IMG/VR virus record: IMGVR_UViG_3300038330_000039
Coordinates: 1 to 43,162 of that record
Length of the DNA stretch: 43,162 bases
Direction: 5' to 3' (one strand)
DNA from: a virus
Lineage: Duplodnaviria; Caudoviricetes
The notes under the pieces are model-generated. The model was not told the DNA's origin. It did not search any database and saw only the letters and a program-made list of their open reading frames with translations. Position numbers and translations under genes: made by a program. Position 1 is the stretch's first letter, and the number at the start of each line of letters is the position of its first letter. Positions 8,396 to 16,521 of this stretch are shown in pieces.

Positions 8396-8823
8396 TACAA
8401 ATCCAGGGTAAAAGCGATGTCCAGGACGGTGCCGTTGGCTAGCTCCGTATCGTCCACGCCGGTATCGCGCTTGTAGGTGGTGAACTTAACCGATCCGGTG
8501 GTGCTTGCCGCTTTGGCCGCGTAGGTTTCCGCCGAGTCTGCGTCCACCTGCGCAGCCTGCGAAACGTCGCTATCGGGATCGACCGATTGCACGTCGATGT
8601 TGATGTCGGCCACGTCCCTGCAAGCGGGGAACGTCAGCCGGTATTGCCCGGTTGTGATGCGCGCGACGGTGCAGCCGATCGTGCTCTTGGCCGCGCTGAC
8701 AGTGACAGCGCCGCTGCCGCCGGCAACGACGCCGTACACCCGGCAGCGCACCGGACGCCCGTGCCACCCGGCAAAGGCGTTATTCTGCGGCACTGCCTGC
8801 GCTACGATTCGAGGACCACTCAT
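8395..8823 (-). CDS. Putative capsid decoration/head fibre protein
   Basis: Start re-called at ATG 8823 (GAAAGGA SD), 142 aa; directly follows the capsid gene; TVARITTGQYRLTF motif typical of phage fibre/decoration beta domains. Confidence 0.55.
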   Translation of the reverse strand: MSGPRIVAQAVPQNNAFAGWHGRPVRCRVYGVVAGGSGAVTVSAAKSTIGCTVARITTGQYRLTFPACRDVADINIDVQSVDPDSDVSQAAQVDADSAETYAAKAASTTGSVKFTTYKRDTGVDDTELANGTVLDIAFTLDL

Positions 8824-8858
8824 GTTCTGGGGTTTCCTTTCGGTGACAGAGCCGAGGG

Positions 8859-10235
8859 TTAGGCGGCGATGTCCGTCAGGTCCCCGCGTCCGTTCTGGTT
8901 GATGCCTCGGCACCCGAAGTGAAAGAACGAACCCGTGCGGAGCTCGTACTTGTCATCATTCGAGGCGCGCAGCAGCTTCAGCCCGTCCCCGTTCATGATC
9001 TTGGGCCACCCGCCGCCGACGCTCCGCACGCACCAGCCGTCATCGTCCATCTTCAAGAAAAAGATGTCGTTCACGTCGGCGCTGGGGCAGGAGATGCACT
9101 CGGCGCGCATCTCGCCGTGTACGATCTCGATGTAGTTGTACCCGATGGTTGCCGTTGCCCCGTTGAGCATCCGGTAGCCCTTGCTCGTGGCGATCTGCGT
9201 GAGCTGCGTCCAGCGCGTGGGGTTGATCACCACCTGGTACGTGCCGTCCACGCCGTAGAGCATGAACGCGCGCTCGAGAGCGCGAATGATCAGCGCGTCC
9301 AGCTGCTCGCCGGGGATGACGGGCAGACGCCAGCCACCGGTGCGCGAGTCGCGAGCTCGGGTCACGCCGTAGAACGACGTGGACCACACCGCGTTGGCGG
9401 GGTCGAACGCCGTGCTCGGAATCCAGTCCTGCACGCCGGGCGGCATCACGTTGGGCGTGTATCCGCTGGAGCCCTGGAAGTCTGAGAGGTTGAACAGGTA
9501 CACCGCGGACGTGCCGGCAGCGACGGCCATTGCCGCGTGACCCAGCGCGCCACCAGACGCCGAGCTGACGAACAGGCGCCCGTTGTCGATGTCAATGTTC
9601 CGGATGTAGATCTTGCTCGCGTCGCCCGAGCCCAGCAGCGAGCTCGTGGACGGCGTGGACGCATCCGTGAGAGACGCCTGGAGGATCTGAGCGTGCCGGA
9701 ACGCTCCGATCTTCAGCTTGTCCGCGAGCTGCACGAAGCCGCTGGCAAAGTTGGTCGTGCCGTTGGCGCCCGCGCCGTTGGCGGTCGTCAGAGCCAGGCT
9801 CTTGCCGCTCTTGCCCAGGAAGTAGCGCTCCTGGCGCTGCCCGAACTCCTTCGGCTGCTCGCGCATCTTGATCGCAAAGTTCTCCATGTACGCGCCGTCC
9901 GGCACGCCTCCGGCCGCCTGCGTCAGCGCCATGTCGAACTCGGTGATCTCGAAACCCCCCTTGTAGCCGGGCGGGAAGTAGCCCAGCGTGTACTCCTCGC
10001 CGTCAAAGTTGGCGATGTCGTTCGCCTGGCCCTGCTGCTCCTGCACCGCGGCGCGGGTCGTGCCCTGGGCGATCGACGCCTGCACCAGGACCGGGTAGCT
10101 CCAGCTCTTGCCTACGCTGGCATGCACCTTCTGCTCGAGCTTGGCGAGCACGGGGCGCTTGACGAACGAGAACGCCTGAAAACTGCGCTCGTCCGGAAAC
10201 AGGTCGTGCGCGAATGAATCGAGATAGGTGGACAT
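8859..10235 (-). CDS. Major capsid protein (HK97 fold, with insertion domain)
   Basis: 458 aa; downstream of portal and scaffold; N-terminal RPVLAKL...GKSWSYPV, YFLGKSG, Gly/Thr-rich insertion, VVINPTRW, C-terminal YELR..FFHFGC; has a dedicated promoter. Confidence 0.75.
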   Translation of the reverse strand: MSTYLDSFAHDLFPDERSFQAFSFVKRPVLAKLEQKVHASVGKSWSYPVLVQASIAQGTTRAAVQEQQGQANDIANFDGEEYTLGYFPPGYKGGFEITEFDMALTQAAGGVPDGAYMENFAIKMREQPKEFGQRQERYFLGKSGKSLALTTANGAGANGTTNFASGFVQLADKLKIGAFRHAQILQASLTDASTPSTSSLLGSGDASKIYIRNIDIDNGRLFVSSASGGALGHAAMAVAAGTSAVYLFNLSDFQGSSGYTPNVMPPGVQDWIPSTAFDPANAVWSTSFYGVTRARDSRTGGWRLPVIPGEQLDALIIRALERAFMLYGVDGTYQVVINPTRWTQLTQIATSKGYRMLNGATATIGYNYIEIVHGEMRAECISCPSADVNDIFFLKMDDDGWCVRSVGGGWPKIMNGDGLKLLRASNDDKYELRTGSFFHFGCRGINQNGRGDLTDIAA

Positions 10236-10392
10236 GCAAAGGCCTTCGAGAGATGGGGGGATCGGAACCGCTTCCGTCTGCGCGCTGTCCGTTGGCGCTC
10301 GCCCATCTTGCCTCGAAGGCCTGCACCGGCGTGGTGCTCGGGATTGGTGCTTGGGCTCCCGTCGCCCGCCCAGGAATCCGCCCGGGTTGCGT
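10232..10392 (-). ncRNA. Candidate structured cis-regulatory 5' leader of the capsid mRNA
   Basis: UGCA-GGCCUUCGAG-gca-AGAUGGG pairs with CCCAUCU-CUCGAAGGCC-uu-UGCA, covering the GAAGG SD and the A of AUG; two internal hairpins; possible upstream H-type pseudoknot at 10339-10367. Confidence 0.55.
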
Positions 10393-10394
10393 GC

Positions 10395-10571
10395 CTACAA
10401 ACTGACGGCCGGTTTCTGAAAAGTCAAGTCCTTCGGTTCAATGAAGAACACTAGCACGTAGTGATCGCTGATGTCGTTTCGTTGGAACTCGACCTTGCAG
10501 GTGGGGAAAAGCCGCCGCGCCAGCGCCACGATCTCGCGCGTTGCACCCGGCGGCTCCTGCCCGTCGTTCAC
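10395..10571 (-). CDS. Small hypothetical protein (58 aa, not in ORF track)
   Basis: GTGA overlap with the upstream stop; MNDGQEPPGATREIVALARRLFPTCKVEFQRNDISDHYVLVFFIEPKDLTFQKPAVSL. Confidence 0.55.
   Translation of the reverse strand: MNDGQEPPGATREIVALARRLFPTCKVEFQRNDISDHYVLVFFIEPKDLTFQKPAVSL
10399..10427 (-). promoter_or_regulatory. Sigma70-type promoter for the capsid operon
   Basis: TTGACT (10427-10422) - 17 nt - CAGTTT (10404-10399). Confidence 0.5.
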
Positions 10572-10906
10572 TCGCCCTCGCAGTCCACGAGGTAGGCGTC
10601 ACAGGTGCAGTCCGTGGCGTCCTCCGGCAGCTCGGCGCCCGGCAAACCGCACTCGAGGTAGGGTATGCCGTTGTAGGCGTTGTGGCGCGTGCAACACCAG
10701 CGGTCCTCGTGCAGCGGAGGCGCCTCGGCGGTCTGCTCCTGCGGCGCGCTCTCCGCCTGGCCGCCGCAGCCGGTGAACAGCGCGATCAGCAGGAGTATGG
10801 TCGTGCCCAGCAGGATGCCGCACGCAGAGAAGCACGCCACGTCCAGCCAGTCCCGCCGAGCTCGGCGCCGAGAGCAAGGCGGACACTTCGGGCTCGAGCA
10901 GATCAT
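10568..10906 (-). CDS. Cys-rich membrane protein/lipoprotein
   Basis: Start re-called at the ATGA overlap at 10906, 112 aa; basic N-region, hydrophobic stretch, lipobox LFTG|C-GG; Cys-rich mature part. Confidence 0.6.
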   Translation of the reverse strand: MICSSPKCPPCSRRRARRDWLDVACFSACGILLGTTILLLIALFTGCGGQAESAPQEQTAEAPPLHEDRWCCTRHNAYNGIPYLECGLPGAELPEDATDCTCDAYLVDCEGE

Positions 10907-11394
10907 GTCTCCCTGATCTTCTCGATCTGTTCGAGCGTCAGCATGGTTGGATCTGCCCGGAGCTCCTCGGCCTGCTTCTTCATGTCGTCCAGCTTGTCCT
11001 TGAGCTCGTCCGGCTGCAGCGTGTCGTGGAGGCTCTGCAGGAGCACGGTTCTGCACTGCTCGTACAGCGCCTGGAAGCGGTCGCCGCCGGCCGCCTCCAG
11101 CTTGGCCGCGTACTCCTGCGCTGCCGCAAGCTGCTGCTCCAGCTGGGCAACGCGATGGCGCGCGGCAGAAGCTTCGCGGGTCGCGGCCGTGAGCTGTTCC
11201 TTCAGCGCCTTGTTCGTGTGGTACAGCAGGTGGTTGTTGCTCAGCGCCTCGCTCATGACCTGGCCCTGCCGACGCGCCAGGTCCTGAGTCGCCTTGATGG
11301 CGCGACCGTAGTCCGCTGCCTGGTCGAGCACCGGATCGATGCCTCCGATCTGCTGCCGGAACTCGCCGAGAGCCTTGTCCCGTTCGCCGCTCAC
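10903..11394 (-). CDS. Coiled-coil hypothetical protein
   Basis: Start re-called at the GTGA overlap at 11394, 163 aa; heptad-rich (LKEQLTAATREASAARHRVAQLEQQL). Confidence 0.6.
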   Translation of the reverse strand: MSGERDKALGEFRQQIGGIDPVLDQAADYGRAIKATQDLARRQGQVMSEALSNNHLLYHTNKALKEQLTAATREASAARHRVAQLEQQLAAAQEYAAKLEAAGGDRFQALYEQCRTVLLQSLHDTLQPDELKDKLDDMKKQAEELRADPTMLTLEQIEKIRET

Positions 11395-11873
11395 GGCTGC
11401 ACCGGCCTCTCGCAGACGATCGCCTTGTTGCACGTCATCATGGATTCATGCAGCTTGCGAATGGCTGCCGTCCGGTCCGCGCTGCCCTCCACGTTCTGGA
11501 GAATGACCTTCAGGCACGCGATGTGGGCGTTGCGGATGTTCGAGATCCGCTGAATCTGGACCGGGGTCGGCTGGTGATACTTGAACGACTCCACGAACTG
11601 CTGCGCCATGTGGAGCGCTGACCAGTATTGGTGATCGTCCGGCTCGTCCGGGTCCACGCCGAGCTCGCGCGCACGCTGCTTCCAGTCCGAATGCACCAGG
11701 CCGCGATAGGCCTCGCCGCTGATCGTGCTGGACTGCTCCACCAGTCCGCCGATCCGCTCGTGCGGCTTGGCGCGTGGGTCGCCCTCCAGCGCCCGATCTA
11801 TGTCCTTGCTGCTCTGCGCTGCGATCTGCTGCGAGAACGTTTGATACGTGTTCGGTTTGCTGTCGTTGCTCAC
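11391..11873 (-). CDS. Acb2/Tad1-like hairpin-domain protein (putative anti-defence nucleotide sponge) with N-terminal extension
   Basis: Start re-called at GTG 11873 (CGAAAGGC SD), 160 aa. C-terminal FKYHQPTPVQIQRISNIR...SADRTAAIRKLHESMMTCNKAIV matches the F-x-YH-x-P...R...A-x-x-x-L-x-E-x-x-M-x-x-N-x-AI family pattern. Confidence 0.65.
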   Translation of the reverse strand: MSNDSKPNTYQTFSQQIAAQSSKDIDRALEGDPRAKPHERIGGLVEQSSTISGEAYRGLVHSDWKQRARELGVDPDEPDDHQYWSALHMAQQFVESFKYHQPTPVQIQRISNIRNAHIACLKVILQNVEGSADRTAAIRKLHESMMTCNKAIVCERPVQP

Positions 11874-12520
11874 TGTCTTGCCTTTCGTTGGAGGCGCCGC
11901 GCCTCGATGTCGATCACGCCGCGCCGTTGCTTCTGTCGCTGCTTCACCAGCTCGCGCCGGGTGGGCATCTTCTCGGCGACAGGCTCGAAGTATACGCGCA
12001 TGCGCTCCCGATCGATACGGGTAACTCTCACCCGCTCGCCGTCGCCGCTCGTTCCGATCATGCCCAGGGCGAACGCCTCGAAGTGTTCCGGCGGCAGCTC
12101 CTCCGACCAGTACGCCTGGCCCTGGACCTTGGGCGGCTGCCACTGTGCGGTTGCTGCCAGCCGCGTGTGCCGGTTCTCCAGCTTGTTGGGCATGAAGCCC
12201 AGCGGCATCTCTACGCCGCGCTCCACGGCGTCAGGGTGAGCCGCAATGGCCTTGTCCAGTCTGTCCCCGAAGCGGGCCTCCAGCTCGGCTCGCTCCACGG
12301 CGTCAGGGTCGCTGCCCGGCCTGTATTCGCCCAGGTCCAGGGTTGGCGCGTCCTCCGCCAGCTTGCCAGCGCGCACAGCCGCGCAGAACCCGCAGTCAGC
12401 GCCCCGGCAGTACAGCGCGTGGCGCTTGGCAAAGCCCTCCACCTCGGCACGCCGCGCAGCGCGCAGCATCTCGAGGTAGGGGGCGTCCTCTGGTAGCTCG
12501 GGCAGCTTTGACTCGTCCAT
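11870..12520 (-). CDS. Hypothetical protein with putative Zn-binding HxxxCxxxxCxxC motif
   Basis: 216 aa; TGATG coupling to the scaffold gene; RHALYCRGADCGFC. Confidence 0.55.
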   Translation of the reverse strand: MDESKLPELPEDAPYLEMLRAARRAEVEGFAKRHALYCRGADCGFCAAVRAGKLAEDAPTLDLGEYRPGSDPDAVERAELEARFGDRLDKAIAAHPDAVERGVEMPLGFMPNKLENRHTRLAATAQWQPPKVQGQAYWSEELPPEHFEAFALGMIGTSGDGERVRVTRIDRERMRVYFEPVAEKMPTRRELVKQRQKQRRGVIDIEARRLQRKARQ

Positions 12521-14031
12521 CAGTCCACCTGCTCTCCCCGAGCTCGGCGCTGCGCCCGCTCGATAGCCCAGCGCTCCCGCTCCTTGTAGCCCCTGGGCGC
12601 GTCGCCGCCCGCGTCGTAGATGTTGTCCTCCGTGCCGGGGACGTGGTTTGCCGGCGCGCGCGGGATGGGTCGAGCGCTGACCTTCGGCGTCATCTCAGCC
12701 GCCGACGGGATGCCGTCCCCGATCGGGGTTGTGCTCGGCTGCTGCTGCCGGTTCTTGGGAGTGTTGGGGCGCCGCGCTCCGTTCGTCGGAGGCTTGGGAG
12801 CGGGGGCAGGTGCCGGCGTCAGCGCGGCCAGCTTGCGCTGCAGCAGCTCGTTCGCGATCTCCTCGGCGTCAACGCTGTACTCGTCCAGCGTTTCGTCATG
12901 GTAGCGCTTCATCTCCTTGTCTAGGTCCGCAGCCCAGCCGCTGAACTCGCGCAGCTGGTGGCTCTTGGGGATCTCGCCGCCCCAGAGGGTCTCCGCCTCG
13001 GCGCTCGAGATGGGCGCGGCCGCTGCCGGCGCTGGGGTGGGGGGCGCCGCGGACGCGTTCTCGGCGGGCTCCTTGGGCTTGCCCCGGAGCGCCGCAAGCT
13101 CCTGCTCCTGGCGGGCGACCTGGGCACGCAGCTTGGCCTGCTCGGGGTTGGAGACGCCGCGCCGAGCTCGTAGGCGCAGGTACGTATCCAGGTCCATGCC
13201 GCCGGTGTTCTGCTTGAAGGACTCGTCCACCATGTCAAAGTCCGGCTCGGGCTCGCCCTTGGCGTTCTTCTTGGTCGACGCTGCCCACATGTCGCCGAGC
13301 CAGCGCACCTGGCCCGCAATGGTCTCGGCCTGCTGCAGGTCCGCGGCGATCTTGTCAGCCTGCTCCTTGAGCTTGGTGGCGCTGGCGGTGTGCTTCTCCT
13401 CGATCTCCTGCTTCACCTTCCGGGCCTTGTTCTGCAGCTTGATAAAGCCCTCGGTGGGCTCCACCTGGAACACGGCGCGGCCTAGCTTCGCCGCCTCCTC
13501 CGGGTTGTTCTCCGCCCATTTACGGAACGCTTTGAGCTCGTAAGCCGCCGATAGGTCCCCCGCAGCAGTGCCCCCGTCAGGAGCGGTGCCGGCGGGAGGA
13601 ACCACGGCCGCGGCCGCATTGACGACGGGAGCGGCAGCGTTCGCTTGCTGCCCTGCCTGCTCATCTGCTGCAGCAGGAGCTGCCGCCGGCTTGGGCGCTT
13701 TCGGCTTGGCTGGGGCTTCGGTGGCGTCAGCGACGCTCGCGCGCTGCGCTCCGTCCAGCCGAGAGTTGATCGCCAGCTTCTGACGCTCGGCGAAAGCCTT
13801 GGTGGGGTCCTTTGGCGCATTCGGATCAGGCTCCGGCAGATAGGGCGCAACGGTCCTAGGATGCGTCGGCGTGGGGTTCTGCTGCGCGGGGGTAGGCGTG
13901 TGCGCCGCGGGAACCATGGGCGTCTGCGTGGTCGCCGCTGGCTGGCTGGAGGCCATGGGCTTGGGGGTCGAGCTCGCGGGCGCTGCGCTCGGAGCAGCCG
14001 CCGCGGGTTGTGTACTGGTGGTTTTCGCCAT
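12520..14031 (-). CDS. Putative capsid scaffolding protein
   Basis: 503 aa between portal and capsid genes; Pro/Ala-rich disordered ends and a central coiled coil; basic C-terminal helix. Confidence 0.6.
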   Translation of the reverse strand: MAKTTSTQPAAAAPSAAPASSTPKPMASSQPAATTQTPMVPAAHTPTPAQQNPTPTHPRTVAPYLPEPDPNAPKDPTKAFAERQKLAINSRLDGAQRASVADATEAPAKPKAPKPAAAPAAADEQAGQQANAAAPVVNAAAAVVPPAGTAPDGGTAAGDLSAAYELKAFRKWAENNPEEAAKLGRAVFQVEPTEGFIKLQNKARKVKQEIEEKHTASATKLKEQADKIAADLQQAETIAGQVRWLGDMWAASTKKNAKGEPEPDFDMVDESFKQNTGGMDLDTYLRLRARRGVSNPEQAKLRAQVARQEQELAALRGKPKEPAENASAAPPTPAPAAAAPISSAEAETLWGGEIPKSHQLREFSGWAADLDKEMKRYHDETLDEYSVDAEEIANELLQRKLAALTPAPAPAPKPPTNGARRPNTPKNRQQQPSTTPIGDGIPSAAEMTPKVSARPIPRAPANHVPGTEDNIYDAGGDAPRGYKERERWAIERAQRRARGEQVD

Positions 14032-14063
14032 GGACCTTGGTTGCCTCTGGGTGGTGCGAGCGC

Positions 14064-14258
14064 TCAGCGGCCATTGGCCAGCCTGCGACGCTCGCTTTCG
14101 ATGTTGGCGAGCCGGCGTTGTGTCGACTCGTCCAGATATTCCTGCCCGTAGGGGCCGTGCAGGTCAGCCTTTCGCAGGATGCGGAGTTGCAGGCGCACGA
14201 ACGCCTTTCGGTCTCGCGCCAGCTCTCTGCGCTTGGCCGCGCTCATTGCTTTCGTCAC
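14064..14258 (-). CDS. Small basic hypothetical protein
   Basis: 64 aa, Arg-rich; preceded by the genome's recurrent CGAAAGGC SD. Confidence 0.5.
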   Translation of the reverse strand: MTKAMSAAKRRELARDRKAFVRLQLRILRKADLHGPYGQEYLDESTQRRLANIESERRRLANGR

Positions 14259-14351
14259 GGTTTAGCCTTTCGTGGGTGTCTGCCAGCCTAGCATACGAGC
14301 CGACGGGCGGGCACTGCCTCCTGTAGCAGCGCCCACACCTCGGCGTCGAGC

Positions 14352-16484
14352 TCAGGCCAGCCCGGGAGCGCCGGGGGCATTGATGGGGGCCGGCGCAGGG
14401 GCGGCGCCCACGGGTGCAGGGGGCAGGGCTCCTGGAGCGGGGCCGGCGCCGAGAGCGTCGATTGCTGGGCTTTGCTGGACACTGGGGAGAGCTCCCGCGG
14501 CCGAGAACGGGTCAGCAGTCTTGGCCGCAATCGACAGCGAGGCTTCGGCAAGCTTGTCCTCTCGCACCTGCTGCTGTCGCAGCGCCCATATATCCTCCAT
14601 GAAGCGGCGCAGCAAGGAGCGGCGAACCTGCGGAACGCCGTCAATCAGCGCCTGGGTGAAGCGCGGGGCCGCCTGCGCCAGCATCGCCTGCGGGTCGTTC
14701 CAGGGCATGGGCGGGATGTAGTGGTCACGCATGTACGTGTTCCCGTCCTCCACCAGCTTGGGGTCGCCGTGCAGGATTTCGTCAATGACTTTCGCCACGT
14801 ACGAGCGCTCGACCGTGCTCTGCTTGGTCTCGCTCTTGGTGTCGTAGAGCTCCTCGAGGATGCTGGTCAGCTGGGCGTCGTTGATCTCGCCCCGGTCGTA
14901 CATTTCCTGGGCCGCCGAGGCGCGATCGGCTGGCGTGTTCTTCTGCTCGGAGACGGCATAGGGGCGCATCTGAAACTGCGTCATGTCGATGTCGAGCACC
15001 TTCACCGGCACCTTGGCGTCGAAGTCCATCCCCTTCCAGGTCACCTGCCAATCAGGGTCCACCTTGCCGATCTGCTTCGCTGCCCGGATGTGGTTCTTGG
15101 CGCAGTCCACGGCCACGAAGTTGCGGAAGTAGCGCAGCTTGCGCGCGAACCGCTCCGGCAGCATGGACGCCTCCAGGCGAATGCTGCGCCCGCTCCGGTT
15201 GCCTGCGGCGCCCTGCACTTCGCCGGCCTGGTGCATGAGCGACACGCCTACGAGCTCGTGAGCCACGCCGATCTTGCGCGCCTGGTAGTCGAAGTAATCC
15301 CCGTTCAGGATGCCGGGCTTTTGCACCTCCGGGGCCTTCTCGCCCTTCTTCGAGTCGTACCGGAACACCGCAACGTCCTTGGCGTTGTAGATGGGCGGGA
15401 GCCCTGTGGTGGTGCCGTCGATGTTGATGTTGGTTTGGCTGGTGCGGCGCATCGTGCGCTGTGCAATCTCGTCCACCTCCTCGGCGTCACGCAGCGGGTT
15501 TAGCGCGATCTCGATCATGTTCTCGCCCCAGAAGTCGTCACCGATCGAGCGGTTGCAGCGCAGGAACGAGAGCGGTGGTTCCGGGTACTCCCAGTCCTCC
15601 CAGTGCAGAGAGTCCTTGCCGTTGTTCTCGCCCTTGGCGCCGATGAAAATGGCGTGCCGACCCTTGAACTTGCCGAACGGGAGACGCCACGCCGTGAGGA
15701 TCTTCACCATTGGCGTGTCGAACGTGGCCCCGTCGTACGTGCCGGACTGCAGGTGGCGCGGGACCACGGCGTGAGACCAGATAAGGTCCTCTTGGCCCTG
15801 AAAGCGCTCGTCCTCGCACAGGTACTCGGGCGATTCCCAGGTCACATCGAAGTAGCTCAGCGGCTTGTCGAAGCCCCGATCGGCAGGGTCAATGAAGGTG
15901 TTTAGCGTACTGCGCAGCCTGTTCCGGACGCGCTTGGTGACGTAGTCCGGCTCGGTGCGGATAGCCGCTGTTCCCGTGCTGCAATAGGCCAGCAGCGCCG
16001 CCTGGCGTGCCATATCCCAAAAGTCCAGGTAGGCTCCCTGCTCCAGATGGTACGTGCCCTCGATGAACCGATCCGCCCAGATGCCCTGCCGGCGCACCTC
16101 CCACGGAGCATCGGACGCCACCAGCTGCGTTTTGGGTTCGTCCATCCCAAACAGCTTTTCTACTACAGTCTCCACCATGGCCCGCGCATGCTGCTCGCTG
16201 GCGCGGCTGCCGAACCCGCTGTATTTCCGAGACGCCTTGCTTTTGCGCCCAGCGTCCGTCATCGGGTGATCGAACTGCAGGTTCTCGAACAGGTCGCCAA
16301 GGCCGCTCCCGCTGTACGCGAGCGCGCCGCGCATGGCCATCATGTGGCGCCAGCCCAGGGTGCGTTCCGCTCGAGCACACATCTCCCAGGCCTTGGCGGC
16401 AGCCTTCGCCGGCTCGCGCAGCGACCAGTTGATAAAGTCCTTGTTGCGCTCCTGAACCTTCGCCGCCGTCTTTTTCGTCGCCAT
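14352..16484 (-). CDS. Portal protein
   Basis: 710 aa, first gene of the head operon next to terL; features of P22/T7-like portals (ALLAYCSTGTAAIR, NTFIDP, FWGENMIE, GVSLMHQAGE...RSGRSIR) and a Pro/Ala-rich tail. Confidence 0.75.
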   Translation of the reverse strand: MATKKTAAKVQERNKDFINWSLREPAKAAAKAWEMCARAERTLGWRHMMAMRGALAYSGSGLGDLFENLQFDHPMTDAGRKSKASRKYSGFGSRASEQHARAMVETVVEKLFGMDEPKTQLVASDAPWEVRRQGIWADRFIEGTYHLEQGAYLDFWDMARQAALLAYCSTGTAAIRTEPDYVTKRVRNRLRSTLNTFIDPADRGFDKPLSYFDVTWESPEYLCEDERFQGQEDLIWSHAVVPRHLQSGTYDGATFDTPMVKILTAWRLPFGKFKGRHAIFIGAKGENNGKDSLHWEDWEYPEPPLSFLRCNRSIGDDFWGENMIEIALNPLRDAEEVDEIAQRTMRRTSQTNINIDGTTTGLPPIYNAKDVAVFRYDSKKGEKAPEVQKPGILNGDYFDYQARKIGVAHELVGVSLMHQAGEVQGAAGNRSGRSIRLEASMLPERFARKLRYFRNFVAVDCAKNHIRAAKQIGKVDPDWQVTWKGMDFDAKVPVKVLDIDMTQFQMRPYAVSEQKNTPADRASAAQEMYDRGEINDAQLTSILEELYDTKSETKQSTVERSYVAKVIDEILHGDPKLVEDGNTYMRDHYIPPMPWNDPQAMLAQAAPRFTQALIDGVPQVRRSLLRRFMEDIWALRQQQVREDKLAEASLSIAAKTADPFSAAGALPSVQQSPAIDALGAGPAPGALPPAPVGAAPAPAPINAPGAPGLA

Positions 16485-16492
16485 GGGGGCAC

Positions 16493-16521
16493 AGCTTAGC
16501 CGTGACCGACCCGAGGGTCAA
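16493..16521 (-). promoter_or_regulatory. Promoter for the portal operon, leaderless or near-leaderless
   Basis: TTGACC (16521-16516) - 17 nt - TAAGCT (16498-16493) - 8 nt - ATG (16484); overlaps the terL start codon. Confidence 0.7.

Noticed and set aside
10568-11394. Coiled-coil gene plus overlapping lipoprotein gene as an Rz/Rz1 spanin pair
   Set aside because: The coiled-coil protein has no N-terminal transmembrane anchor and the pair is far from the lysis genes; not fully excluded.
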